Assembly: GCA_013239625.1 (NCBI GenBank)
Contig: MU054323.1
Coordinates: 1,054,001-1,118,000 of the forward strand
Direction of reading: 5' to 3'
Length of the DNA stretch: 64,000 nucleotides
From: Lama guanicoe
Taxonomy: Eukaryota
The notes under the pieces were generated by a model, which saw only the letters and a list, made by a program, of their open reading frames with translations, had not been told where the DNA came from and made no database searches. This document shows positions 24,845 to 37,115 of the stretch, piece after piece (position 1 is the stretch's first letter; each line of letters opens with the position of its first letter). The translations under genes and the position numbers were made by a program.

Positions 24845-26396
24845 ATGACTGGTGTGAGATGATATCTCATTATAGTTTTGATTTACATTTCCCTAATGAT
24901 TAGTGACATTGAGCGTTTTTTCATGTATTTGTTGATCATTTGTATGTTTCTTTGGAGAAATGTCTATCCTATTCCTTTGCCCATTTTTCATTTAGGTTAT
25001 TGGTTCTTTCACTCTTTAGTTGCAGGGGTTTCTTACATATTTTGTAGATACACAGTTTGCAAATATTTTATCTCATTCTGTAGGTTGATTTTTCACTCTG
25101 TTATTTTTTTCTCTGTTGTGTGGAAGCTTTACGGTTTGATCTAGTCCACTTGTTTATATTTGGTTTTGTGACCCATATTTTTGGTGTTATAACTATGAAA
25201 TTATTGTCAAGACAAATGTCATGAAGTTTTCCCCTATGTTTTCTTCTAGTAGTTTTATAGTTTTTGGTCTTAGATTAAAGTCTATAATCTATTTTGATTT
25301 CTTTTTTGTGTATGGTGTAAAATAAGAGTTCAATTTTATTCTTTTACATGTGTACATTCAGTTTTTCCAACATCATTTATTTAGGAGATGGTCTTTCCCA
25401 ATTGTGTATTCTTGGCACTCTTGTAAAAGATCACTTGACCATAAAGTTATGGGTTTTTTCCTACATTCTATTCTGTTCCATTGGTGTATAAGTTGACCTT
25501 TATGCCAGTACCATAATGTTTTGTTTATGGTAGCTTTGTAACATGTTTTGAAATCAGAATCAGAACATATGATGCCTTCAGCTTAGGCTCCTTTATTAAG
25601 ATTGATTTGGTTATTCAGGGTCTTTGATGGTTCCATTGAATTGTAGATGTATTTTTCTATTTCTGTACAAAATGCCATTGGTATTTTGATGGGGATTGTG
25701 TTGAACCTGCAGATTGCTTTGGGTATTATGGACATTTAAGGAATATTAAGCCTTCTAATCCATGAAAGTAAGATATGTTTCCATTTGTTTGTCTTGCTTG
25801 ATTTCTTTCATCAATATTTTGTATACCCATTTGTAAATGCATATACTGATGTATATGCATCAGTATATGCATTTTTAACTTTCTTAGTTAAGTTTATTCT
25901 TTTTGGTGCTATTGTAAATGGATTTATTTTCCTAATTTCTTTTTCAGGTAGTTTGATGTAAGAAATAGAAACAAAAGTGATTTTTGTATGTTGGTTTTAT
26001 ATCATGTAAATTTACTGAATCCATTGATTTAAGTGTTTAATGGAATTTGTAGAGTTTTCTGTATATAGGATTATCTCATCTGCAAGCAGGGACAATTTGA
26101 GTTCTTTTCTGATTTGGATGCCTTTTCTTTCTTTTTCTTGGATAATCATTGTAAGACTTTCAGCATTATGTTGAACAGAAGTGGTAGTGAAAGTTAGTAT
26201 CCTCACTTTGTTCCTTATTTTGGAGGAAAAGCTTCCAGTTTTCCTCATGGAGCATGATGTTGGTGGGGGTTTTTCATACATGGCCTTTATTGTATTGAGA
26301 TGATGCCCTTCTATTTCTAGTTTGTTGAGAAAGGGTGCTCAACATGAAAGGGTGCTAAATTTTATTAAATGTTTTTTCCTACATCTATTAAAATGA
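24845..26396 (-). mobile_element. L1 ORF2, non-inverted part of an inversion-containing L1; 3' end missing
   Basis: Continuous antisense L1 from tgactggtgtgagatgatatctcatt to ctacatctattaaaatga; ORF 26012..26281 contains KGIQIRKELKLSLLADEIILY (RT FADD motif). Confidence 0.95.
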
Positions 26397-27007
26397 AAAG
26401 AGAGAAGATTCAAATAAAATCAGAAATGAAAAAAGAGAGAGTACAATTGATCACACAGCAAAAAAAAATAGTGAAAATCTACTATTAACAAATATATGCC
26501 AAAAAACTCGATAACCTAAAAGAAGTGGATAAATTCCTAGAAATAAACCATTCCAAGATTAAATCATCAAGAAATATAAAATCTGAACAGACATAACTAA
26601 TATAGAAATTGAGTCAGTAATTAAAAACTCTCAGCAAAGTCCAGGACCAGATGGCTTCCCTAGTGAATTCTATTAAATATTTAAAGAGGAATTAATGCCA
26701 GTCCTCCTCAAATTCTTCCAAAAATCTTAAGAGGAAGGAACACTCAAAATATAACTTGAGGCTAGCATTATCCTGATACCAGAGCCACACAATGACACAA
26801 CAAAAAAAGAAACTTTTGGCCAATATCCCTAATAAACATGGTTGCAAAAATCTTCAACAAAATATTAGCAAACCAAATCTGAAAGCACATTAAAAGAATC
26901 ATATACCATGGCCAAGTGCAATTGATCCTTAGGATGCAAGAATGGTTCAACATACAAAAATCAATTAATGTGATCCATCACATTAACAGAATTAAGGATA
27001 TGAACCA
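26396..27007 (+). mobile_element. L1 ORF2, inverted 5' segment
   Basis: aagagagaagattcaaataaaatcagaaatgaaa...agtccaggaccagatggcttcc...ggatgcaagaatggttcaacatac...cacattaacagaattaaggatatgaacca. Confidence 0.95.
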
Positions 27008-27009
27008 AT

Positions 27010-27335
27010 TTTATTTCTTTTACTATGGCACATTTTCATTATTATTCTGTTTGTTATGTTGATCTGTGATCATTGATCTTTGATGTTACTATTGCAAAAA
27101 GATTATAACTAACTTAAGGTTCAAATGATAGTTAGTATTTGTTGGCAATAAAATATTTTTAAACTAAGATCATATATTGTTTTTTAGACATAATGCTGTC
27201 ACACACTTAATAGATTACCGTATAGTGTAAATAAAACTTTGACATGCATTGGGAAACAAAGCATGTGTTTGACTCACTTTATTGTGATATTCACTTCATT
27301 AAGGTGGTCTGGAACCAAACTCTGAGGTCTGCCTG
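27010..27335 (+). mobile_element. Tigger1 internal-deletion derivative, 5' end missing
   Basis: gatctgtgatcattgatctttgatgttactattg joined to caaaaagattataact...tagacataatgct...gactcactttattgtgatattcac...ggtctggaacc...gaggtctgcctg (Tigger1 3' terminus). Confidence 0.85.
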
Positions 27336-27635
27336 GACATGAGATAGTGGCAGAGACAGGACAGATTCCACATAGAGCATATGCTCATGCTTTGTCTTGG
27401 GGAAAGAGCTTGGCAATTAGAGAGAAGGGAAATGAACAAGAGACTGCATTCTGTCTTGACAGACATTTTTCTTGACCACCATCATAGTCTCTCTCTCTTT
27501 GGAGCCCTGCCAGTTGTCTATCTCCCAGTGAAATTCTGCTTGAGACGTTTAGATACACCCTGACCAGCACCAAGTACAGAAGTCCTGCATTGACTCTTTG
27601 CTCAAAGACAGGCTCACCATCAGTCCATTTTAGAC

Positions 27636-27834
27636 CAGTGGTTCTCAACTGGGTGTGACTGTGCCCCTACAGGATCTTTGGCAATGTCTGGAGATTTTTT
27701 GGTTAACATGATTTTGGAGGGGTTGCTGTGGGCATTCAGAGGGCAGAAGCCATGAATGCTGCTAAACACCCTGCAGTACACAGGACAGCCTTACAAGACA
27801 AAGAATGATCAAGTGCTGAGGTTGAAGAGCCCTG
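27636..27834 (+). mobile_element. MER20 hAT MITE
   Basis: cagtggttctcaactggg...tttggcaatgtctggaga...gctgctaaacaccctgcagtacacaggacagcc...gtgctgaggttgaagagccctg. Confidence 0.9.
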
Positions 27835-30114
27835 CATTATACCATTTCAGATTAAGGGTCTCAGCCTTCTTCTGTCTGTTCCTCAGTATATCCATCTGTA
27901 AAATGGCTGGACAGGCTGATTTCTGAAATTGCTTCCCATTCTACTGCACCATAATGATAGCAGTATTTTTAGAAACTGAGAGTAGTTTAGTGTTCCAAAA
28001 AGCATTTTTTAAATCATATTTCTTAGTTTTTCCTCCCAGGGTCTGATTTATTGCTGACTAACCCATTCTCTGAGTGGTCCAAAGAAGTTAATCAGTACTT
28101 TACCCACCCATTTGTTTATCCAGTCTCAACCTGACATAGAGCCATCTGTATCATAGAGGCCCACCTCATTAACAAAGAATCCTCCAGGCATTCCTGCCTC
28201 ACTGCCCAGCTGCCTCATTTCCACACCCTGACTCAGCAGAGAAGGAGCTGTGCTTCACAAGGCTGCATCTGACAGCAAAAGTGTAAGGAAGCTAGTTGCT
28301 GACAGAGAGTGTTGACAGGCCCTTGGGAGCTGGCTTTCGCAGAGGGAGTCTGTTAAGTGCTGGCAGTAACAAAAGGCGTTTTCCAAGCCTCTTTAAAGAT
28401 AAGTATGAAATACTGTGAAAAGGAAAAGAATGGCTGAGAATGGGGTCCTTACTGGTGCAGCTGAGTGCAGACATTTGTGGAAGGGACAGGAGGAAGGAAG
28501 GCAAAGCAGAGAAAGTTAATTAAGGTTTTTATATCCTGGTTTTTCCTATGCTTCCCCCTATTCCTTCATGTCTCTGTATGCTGGGTGAAGTCATGTGTGA
28601 AAGATTCTATTCAGGTTTTCACTCCTGCATTTCACGCAACCCTGTCCAGTTCACTGACTGAGGGGATCATTTAAACATCTGGTCTAAGATATTAAAGCCT
28701 ACAGAGACATATAACTTTTTTGCTAGTCACAACTGAATATCCCTTTCAGGTGCTAGCTTCATGCATCACAGTATTGAGATGACTGAATATTTGCCAACCA
28801 TGTGTTCTTTTTAATCAAAGATGACTCTCACTGAAGCTGGGTACATTTTAAGTTGTGGTGCTTAGAATCATCACTTACACACCATTTCCAAATATTTGAA
28901 CATTACAGTGTGTGTAAGGAAAGGGAAGAAACAAAAGTAGGTGGGCAGGAAGGCAGGCAGGAAGGACATTCTGAGTTCGCATGCTGAGTGGTCAAAAATC
29001 CATGAGTCCTCAAACAAAATGGCAATGTAGAATGTTTTAGAAGAGACAAAATTATTTTTGATAACAAATTTAATTTCTCAGGGCAACAAAACATATAGAA
29101 GCAATCGTGAGATTTTCTATAATAGTGCCAGACTGACATTGAACCTGACTGTGGAAGATGTCTCCAACTGGGCAGCCTCTGCAGCCAGAAAGTCATTTGA
29201 AAACTGAACTGAGAATGGGATGGTATCAGGACACGGAGAGGCAAGCTCTGGCCTGACTCTTGAGAAGGTGGAAGGCAGAAATAACAGATTTCACTCAACA
29301 CTTCAAGCACATACATATTAATTTCCCCACTTGTCCAGGGGATATAAGGGAGGGCAAACGCTCCTGTCCAGCAGCTGGATAGTGCCTTGTGAGTAGGCAG
29401 AAAATAAATATTGTATTAAAAGCAATTTTTATTAAAGACTGAGATTTGCTTAAGCTTTAACAAGTAATTAGAAGCAGAAATGGGACTAAAATTGGTTTCC
29501 AGACTGACGATGCCCTTTATCAAAGCCAACAGTGATTCCAGCCTCCAGCCCCACAGTACAGGTCTAAGCGGCTATGCTATGCTTCCAAGGATAAATAACG
29601 TCAGAAAGATCCATTCTAACGGAACACCAAGAAAGGGGTTCTTTAAAAAGAATTAAGATTTTTATACACGTTTTGTTTTTAAATTTTGTCTGTTTGTTTT
29701 TTTCTAAGAGCATAGAGGAAATAAAAAGCTATAGTCTGGAATGTAGTCTGATGTCAAAAAGATTAGAAGACAGACATTATTGTTAATTCCCTGCAGGGCC
29801 GGTCTTGGTTGGTTAAAGAGCAGTGAGAGATAAAGGCAGTCATCATAAACAGAAACCTTACTCATCTGAACAGGGCTCTGCTTCCTCTCCCACATGTATT
29901 CCTAAAATTAGCTAGCCTTAAAAATATTTTTGGTCAATAGAGAGTAGCAACGATAATAAAAAATAATATACTCTATGTAATTATAAGATGAAAGAAAAGG
30001 AAAAAGAATTTAAAAAATAGGAAATGAAGAAAAGTCGCCAGAAAATATATTGTTGTGCAGTAGATGAAAACTATAGCCAAATATATCAGCATGGATTAAA
30101 AAAATAAGCAATCA

Positions 30115-30190
30115 AATTGTGCTCTACACTGGAATTTGACACAACATTGTAAAATGACTATAATGCAATAAAAAATGTTAAAAAAAAAAA
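30115..30190 (+). mobile_element. Very short, young 5'-truncated L1 (3' terminus plus poly(A))
   Basis: ttgtgctctacactggaatttgacacaacattgtaaaatgactataatgcAATAAA...(A)n; TSD AAGCAATCA at 30106-30114 and 30191-30199; upstream TT/AAAA endonuclease site. Confidence 0.9.
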
Positions 30191-30579
30191 AAGCAATCAT
30201 GCCCATGATATGAGAACACAATCAGAGGTACATGAACACATCAGAGAGAACATATGATGTGACAACAGAAAGAGACAGATCATGAGCTAAGAGAGCCCAG
30301 GGAAAGTGATCATGGAAGCAACGGAAGCAACCCAAACTGGAGAAGACAAGGATGAACATACTACCAGGGACGCGAGAACAGGCATGATGACTGCAAACAA
30401 TGAGGAATTTTTAAAAAGAGAAAAAATAACAGATATATTAACAGGAAAGGGACATTCCAGCTGTGTCTACTAATAGCCTCTGAAAATATTAATATACACA
30501 AAGAAGAAAGATAGTGAGATGAAAAAGTCAAAGATATAAAGCAAAATGTGTTTTTGGAACTAGAAGATTTAAATATGCA

Positions 30580-30810
30580 GATTGAAGACACTGGGCATCA
30601 GACAGGGAAGGAAGGTGATCAATGGAAGATGGGAAATAAATGACATGAGTCCTATGATTGTCCAACTCATTGCCTTGAGAGAGTTTCCAGATCACAGACC
30701 AGGGAGCGGGTACCCAGGCAGAGCCCCGTGGGCTTCCTGAGTTGAGAAAGGGAGCTGACACTCTGGGGAGACCAGCGTGGCTACAGTGATCAGGGCAGAG
30801 TAACTGAGTT
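30580..30810 (+). mobile_element. L1MC/MD-type 5' region
   Basis: gatgggaaataaatgacatgagtcctatgattgtccaactcattgccttgagagagtttccag...acccaggcagagccc...cctgagttgag...ggggagacca. Confidence 0.65.
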
Positions 30811-30849
30811 CCTGGCTCTACTGCCTGGACTGGATCACAGAGGGTAAAA

Positions 30850-32900
30850 AAGATAAAAAATCTAAGAAACTAGACACCTTTCCAATGAAATATAAATCGC
30901 AAAAACTGGCTTCAGATGAGATAATAAACGTAAACAAATCCATTGTAAGAAATAGAGGAAGTTATCAAAAATATCCCTACCAGAAATACCAGATTCAGCT
31001 CATTTCATAGGAAAATTTGTCTCAACTTTTGAAAGTAAATACAGTTGACCCTTAAACAACCCGGGTTTGAACTGTGCAGGTCCACTTTTAGGGGGATTTT
31101 TTTCGAAAGTAGATACTACAACACTACGTAATCTGCAGTTGTTTGAATCCTGGGCAGGGAACCCTGGACATGGAGGAAGCATAGATACGGAGGAAGCACA
31201 GACAGCGAAGGCTGTCTATAAATTATACACAGATTTTTGACTGTGTGTTGGGTTGTCGCCCCTAATCCTCTGTGTTGTTCAAGGGTCAACTGTATCTCCA
31301 ATCCTACTTAAACTATTTCAGAGCATTAAAAAAAAAAGAAGAACACTTTCTGAATTCATTTTATAAATTTAACATAAGACTGATACCAAATATTCTGACA
31401 AACATAAAAAAACCTAAACAAAATATTATTTATTAATATTGATGAAAAAACACAAATAAAATATTGTCAATTAAAGCTGCATATTTAGCCAGATCAATGG
31501 ATTATACCAGAATATCCATTTTAAAAATTCCAATTATAAATGGGAATTTATTATATGGTTAATTTGACATGTCAAATCACTGATGAAAATACAGGTTACT
31601 TAATACATAGAAAAAGATAAGTAAGATACATTGCTATACATTCTCAGACCAAAACAAATCCCACAAATAATTTGGACAATTATTTAAATTTAAAAAATAA
31701 AACTACAAAAGTAATAGAAGGAAAAATGGATAATTATTTTTAATAACCTTGGTGTTGGAAAAGCCTATTAAAGCATAATACAAGTCTGAGAAACCATAAC
31801 ATAAATGACTGATATCTGACCCAGTGATGAGGGAATGGCTGGTAGGATAGGCTGGAGTAAAGATGGAACAACAGTGGCCAACAATTGTTCATTGTTGAAG
31901 ATGGATGATACATATGTTCATTATATGTAAATTTACTGTATTTCTTTCTGTTTTTGTTATATTTTAAGTTTAAAAACAAAGTTTTAAAAAAGCTAAAGAG
32001 AGTGCTATGTTATATAAATAATTAACCTAAAAGTATGCTTTATTCTATGTTATCCAATAGGTATAGCACATGATACGTCTTCCCATTAGGAAGACAGAAT
32101 ATATGAATTCACACTAGAGTAATAAAAGGAGAATTACGTATCTCGATGGAATATTAACAGATACTAAATTGAATGCAGGAAGGTAGTGGATTAATCCATG
32201 CATATCTCATCAAGCTGAGATAATAACCATGCATTGTGTATGGCAAAATGCAGGAGGTAATTTTAAATTCAGAAAAATCTTGCCAATATAAGCATATGCA
32301 TTTTAACAAATCATTTTTGAAATCATATGAGCTACAAAACAAAAGAACATTTTTCAAGGCAAAAGATAAATTCAAAGGACAAATTATAAACTGGGAAAAA
32401 CACTATAATAGATACATCTTGTTATGTTAGCTATATTTTTAATTAGGAAGATATAGAAAATGTCTATCTTTAGTGTTGTTTAAATAAATTATATTGCCTT
32501 TATCCAAAGTAATAAGACAGTAAATTAAAAAGAATGAGTCAGTCTGATATGTACTGATGAAAAATAATCACTGATATATAAATAAATATAAAAGTATCCT
32601 CAGGAACCTTGTGTATCCTCTTCATTTGTATCAAGAGTAGAAACTATGTATGTAAAAGTATATATACACAGACACACACACACACACCCCCATACACAGA
32701 CTATCGCTTGATTTATCTACCACAATTGGTACCAAGTATTGCCTTTTGGTGGGGAATTAAATGGTAAAGAGATAAGAGTACAGGGAATAGGAGGGAGAAA
32801 ATTTATTTTCAAAGTAGGTTTATCTGAAAAAAAAACTGAATGTCCTATCATTGACAGGTATTACCTATTCAGAAAGTAAATAAACAATTTAAATGAATAG
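30850..32900 (+). mobile_element. Scattered old L1 (L1M/ME) ORF2 and 3'UTR fragments
   Basis: A-rich with landmarks aagaacactttctgaattcattttata...ctgataccaaa, ataaaactacaaaagtaatagaaggaaaaatgga, gggaattaaatgg; interrupted by a Tigger2-type MITE. Confidence 0.6.
31042..31292. mobile_element. Complete Tigger2/MER8-type MITE (251 bp)
   Basis: TIRs CAGTTGACCCTTAAACAAC and GTTGTTCAAGGGTCAACTG; TA target duplication at 31040-31041 and 31293-31294. Confidence 0.95.
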
Positions 32901-33049
32901 AAGTGTCATGAGTATCCTTTATGGCATACTTTTAAAACATTCAATATAATGTTTCACAGAATTAATTGAATACCTACAATGAATCTAGTATAGTAGATGT
33001 TAAAGATACAGCAGATCCTTCCTTTAAGTAATTTACAGTCTAATGGTGG

Positions 33050-33610
33050 GAACATTTCTAACCAGTCTCCCTCTCTCCTCAGTCCAAAGTCTTCAGTGGC
33101 TCCCCAGTCCTACAGTCTCAATTCTAGTCTTCTTTGTTAAATATATACACTCCACTGCCACGTTCTCCTTCCTTTCCTATGCATTACTCCCTTTGTCACA
33201 GCCTGTGCTCCAGGCAAACTTGACTTGCTGCTCCCAATAAATACCCACACTTTCCCATCCCCAGACATTTGTTCATCCTGTTTCCTCTAATTAGGACTTA
33301 CTTTCTTTCAACTACTCTGTCTAAAATTCTTTCCTTTTTATGGCTTAGTTCAAAGACCATGACTTCTGCAAATCCTTGCTTAACCTCTCTGAAAGGAAGC
33401 TTTCTTTTGTCTCCATTACCAGTCTTAATTCCTCCTACTGCATTCTACCTTATATTGCTTTTTTGTATTTATTAAAATTTTATTAGTATTCATTGTCCTT
33501 GAAGGCAAGGACTATTTCCTATCATCTCTGGATTTCCATGGTGCTTAATATATTGTGATTAGTAAACATCAATCATTGATTAATAAATGATCAAAAGAAT
33601 GAACAAATAA
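33050..33610 (+). mobile_element. L2 3' region
   Basis: cttcagtggctccccagt...ccttgaaggcaaggactatttcctatcatctctg...ataaatgatcaaaagaatgaacaaa. Confidence 0.7.
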
Positions 33611-33716
33611 CTGAATTAGTGAATGCAAAATTGTTATAAAAGGCAGTGGTATAAATACATATCCATCAAAAAAAGTTAATGTGCAGTTGATATGTAGCAT
33701 TATCCCAGGGAAAGCT

Positions 33717-34110
33717 GAATATCTAACAAATGAGTGTCTTAAATCTGATTGACCAAGAGAAGTACCCCAGTGGGCATGAGGTGGAAGCAGAAATTTTCCA
33801 GCAGACTGCCTTCACTCACCTTCTAACCCTGAACAAGTCACCTTCTCATCACCTGTAATTTATAAAGCCACAGGGCTGTCTCTCAGCCTGGCCTGTGCAC
33901 TGATTTTTCTATGCAGGGCTCTGAAAGTCTAGTTTTAAACATGATGAACTGTAATCCTGGTACCTATTCTAAACTAAATTAACACGGTTAGTACTTTCAG
34001 GTAACAGCATTATTCTGCACATCCCATTTATTTCAGCTGGAAAGCTACGTATTATATTCCTTTTAAACCAAGGCCAAATATAACTCATGTTTTAGAGTAT
34101 TTTGTTTCAC
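33717..34110 (+). repeat. Copy 1 of a diverged ~400-bp direct duplication
   Basis: Shares colinear blocks with 36710-37115: GAATATCTAACA, GAAG(C/A)AGAAA..TTTCC, CTTCACTCA, and ATTCCTTTTAAACCAA(G/A)GCCAA (21/22). Confidence 0.7.
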
Positions 34111-34333
34111 ACGTGGCACCTCAATTTGGACTATCAATGATCCTGTTAGGTTCTGTCGCCTCCTGCTTATAATAAACCATCAACAATGGGAACTACAGAG
34201 TTTCCTTGGCCTGAGACCCAGTGTACTTTCTTGGATGAAAAGATTCAAGCTGGGAATTCTAGAGTTACTGAACTATTTTATGTTTCATGTATTTGACAGT
34301 TAGTCCCTGCTGTGTTTTCTTCTGTATTGCTAA

Positions 34334-34334
<1 letters not shown>

Positions 34335-34364
<30 letters not shown>

Positions 34365-34413
34365 TAGATAGATAGATATATAGATATATAGATATATATA
34401 TAGATATATATAT
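34335..34413. repeat. Compound (TA)n/(TAGA)n microsatellite
   Basis: Directly visible. Confidence 0.95.
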
Positions 34414-34709
34414 CAGATTTATGTTTGAAAATACAGTTGGTGCACTGGAGAGTCTATCATTTCAAACTTCTCCTTTTAAAGGGGCCATGACCCTTGTAAC
34501 AAATTCAGTGAACTCAGAGTGCTAGCACAACTTCAGGGAAACCTCAGAATTGGAAATCTGACTTACTATCTTCTCGCCTTTTTCCTCCTAGCTGCGACTA
34601 GCTCTTCATTTGAAACTCTCTGTGTGTGTGTGTGTGTGTGTGTCTGTCTGTCTGTCTCTCTTTCTCTGCTTGTGTGTGTATTATTTAGAGTTTGACTGAT
34701 TGGTTGACT

Positions 34710-36280
34710 GACTTATAAAACATACATAGACAAGAGAGCACGTATCAGTGAATGGTCTCAAACTGAACTCGTGTAACCAAATTGAAACACGTAGTTCCCA
34801 TCATTTTAAAAGTTTTCCTGGTACTCCTTTCATTTCATTACTTTCTCCAAAAAGTAACCACAATTTGGGCTTTGAATAGCATGGATTACTATTACCCATT
34901 TTTATTGAAATAAATGAAATAATTCAATATGTGCTTATTTGTATCTTGCTCATTTCATTCAAAACTGTATTTGTGAGTCTTCTGGATGATTAGATGTAGT
35001 TGTAAATGATTCCTCCTCATCGTTGTATAATATCCTCCTATGTAAACATACCGTCATTTATTTTTCTGTTATTCTCTTGATAGGCATTGAGTTATTTCCA
35101 ATGTGGAGCTGAGAGCTGTGATGAGCATTCTCGTAGATGCCTTCTGGTAGAGCACGTACACACTCCTTGTTCGTGGGGTGTGTTTAACTTTATCAGATGC
35201 CACCAAACAGTTTTGTTAGCATCATACTGCCACTAGCAATTATATGAAAGTTCCACTTACTCCAAACATTTGCCACTAGTTGCCATTTTACACCTTTAAT
35301 TTGCACTTTCATGCTGACTAATGAAGTCAACTACGTTTTCATTAGTTTATTGGCCATTTAGATATCATCCTTTGTGGAGTATTCATTTCAGTTGTTTGTC
35401 TATTTTTCAATTAGATTGTCAGTCACTTTCTTATTGATTTCTAGAACTTAAAAAAATATATTCTGGAGATAAGTCTTTTGTTAAATATATGTACTATAAA
35501 TTTTTTTCCCCTATTCTATGAGTTGCTTTTACACTCTCTTAATGGTGGGTTTTGAAGAACAAAAGCTATCTCTATTAATTTTAATAAAGATAACTTTAAC
35601 AAGTTTTTCTTTTGTGGTTAATACTTTCTGAGTCCTGTTTTAGAAATATTTGTTTACATCAAGTTTACAAAGATGCTCACCTATGTTTTCATCAGAAAGC
35701 TTTATTGTTTTAACTTTTGGATTTAAATCTGCAATCAGTCTAGAACTAGTTTTTTGTATGATTTGAAGTAAGGGTCAAGGTAACCTTTTCTCCTTTGAAA
35801 GCAACTGATTCAGCACTATTTCTTGAAAACATTATCTTTTTCCCACTACATTGCAGCATCACCTTTAGGTGACCATAAATGTATGGGATCTATTCCCAGA
35901 TTATTTATTCTGCTCCATTGTTAGATTGTCTTTTTTTGGTCTAAGTATCACACTGTATTTCTTACTATATCTTTATACTAGGTATTGGTAACTGGTAGTT
36001 TAAGTTTTCCAGCTTTCTTTTTCTTCCCTTCTTTCTTTTTATTGTTTTGGTTATTTTTAGTCCATGTAAATTAAGATCCAGCTTGTCATTTCCTCTTCCT
36101 CCCCACTTCCACAAAAAAATATGCAAAGAATTTTTTCCACTTCCAATCTCATTGACTTTATACCTTAATGTGAGGGAAAACTGGTATCTTCAAAATACTA
36201 AATATTTCAATCATGAATGTAATTTATCCCTGCTTTTACTTAGGTCCTCTTAATTTGTTCAATGAAGTTCTGTTGATTTT
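34710..36280 (-). mobile_element. Old L1 (3'UTR plus ORF2 3' part)
   Basis: T-rich with gactaatgaagtcaac...gtttattggccatttagatatcatcctttgtg...ttctggagataagtcttttgtt...cagcactatttcttgaaaac. Confidence 0.85.
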
Positions 36281-36299
36281 GTATCTATAATGCAGAACC

Positions 36300-36590
36300 A
36301 GCTTTGTTTTCTGATTGCAGGTCAAAATATGAATGACTGCTATTCATGACTTGGTCATAGTTTTGCACCAGATGTGACTTACCAATTACGTTCAACAATA
36401 AGCAAGCTGGTTTAAATTTTTTACTGAATCAAATCTATGGATCACAGACTTGGAAGTTGCAGTAATGTTAAATCACTATGAACATTTCCAAACACTTATT
36501 GTCAGTTTCTGTATTTATCTCATTGCTAAGAAGTAAGAAACAAAATCATGGAGCGGCCCTGCTCCATGAACTACACTTTGAATAGCAGTG
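36300..36590 (-). mobile_element. Charlie1-family hAT 5' end
   Basis: Reverse complement cactgctattcaaagtgtagttcatgga...gagataaatacagaaactgac...ggtaagtcacatctggtgc matches the Charlie1 start; flank TTATAGAG fits the hAT target preference; homologous to 54350-54605. Confidence 0.75.
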
Positions 36591-36709
36591 TTATAGAGTT
36601 CCGTACATTTTGCGTTCAACTATTGACAAACATAATTTTTGAACTAACTATTTTCTTCAGCATTTTGCTTCTCTCAAGGAAATAAACCTTCAGATGTCAT
36701 TGTTTTCAA

Positions 36710-37115
36710 GAATATCTAACAGATTCTCTAGTCTTTTTGATCTGCCATGTTTAGAAAAACAAGATAAATTATCCTGGCATCAAACACTTTTCAGAAGAAG
36801 AAAACTTTCCTACTCTATTTCCTATTATATCTGGGTGACATCTAGCTGATCTTCACTCAAATTAAATGATTCACTGGAAACATATGGATGCCATTGTCAT
36901 TTGCTTTGTAATGAGCTTAATAGATTGACACTGTTCTATAAATGTAAATTATAGATTAAAAATCCATCCATCCTATGGGAACTCAATAAAGATCTATTGA
37001 AAAAAATAGCAGTTTTAGAGCAAATATTACCTCTCTGTTTCATCTTGAGGGCTGATTATAACATTCCTTTTAAACCAAAGCCAATCATAACATATTTTAA
37101 AGGCATATTTGCTAG
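36710..37115 (+). repeat. Copy 2 of the diverged ~400-bp direct duplication
   Basis: See 33717-34110; matching blocks are offset by about 2993-3041 bp. Confidence 0.7.

Noticed and set aside
36310..36385. Plus-strand acceptor (ctgattgcag|G) and minus-strand GTAAGT donor
   Set aside because: Both lie inside the Charlie1 5' end and have immediate stops; no partner sites.
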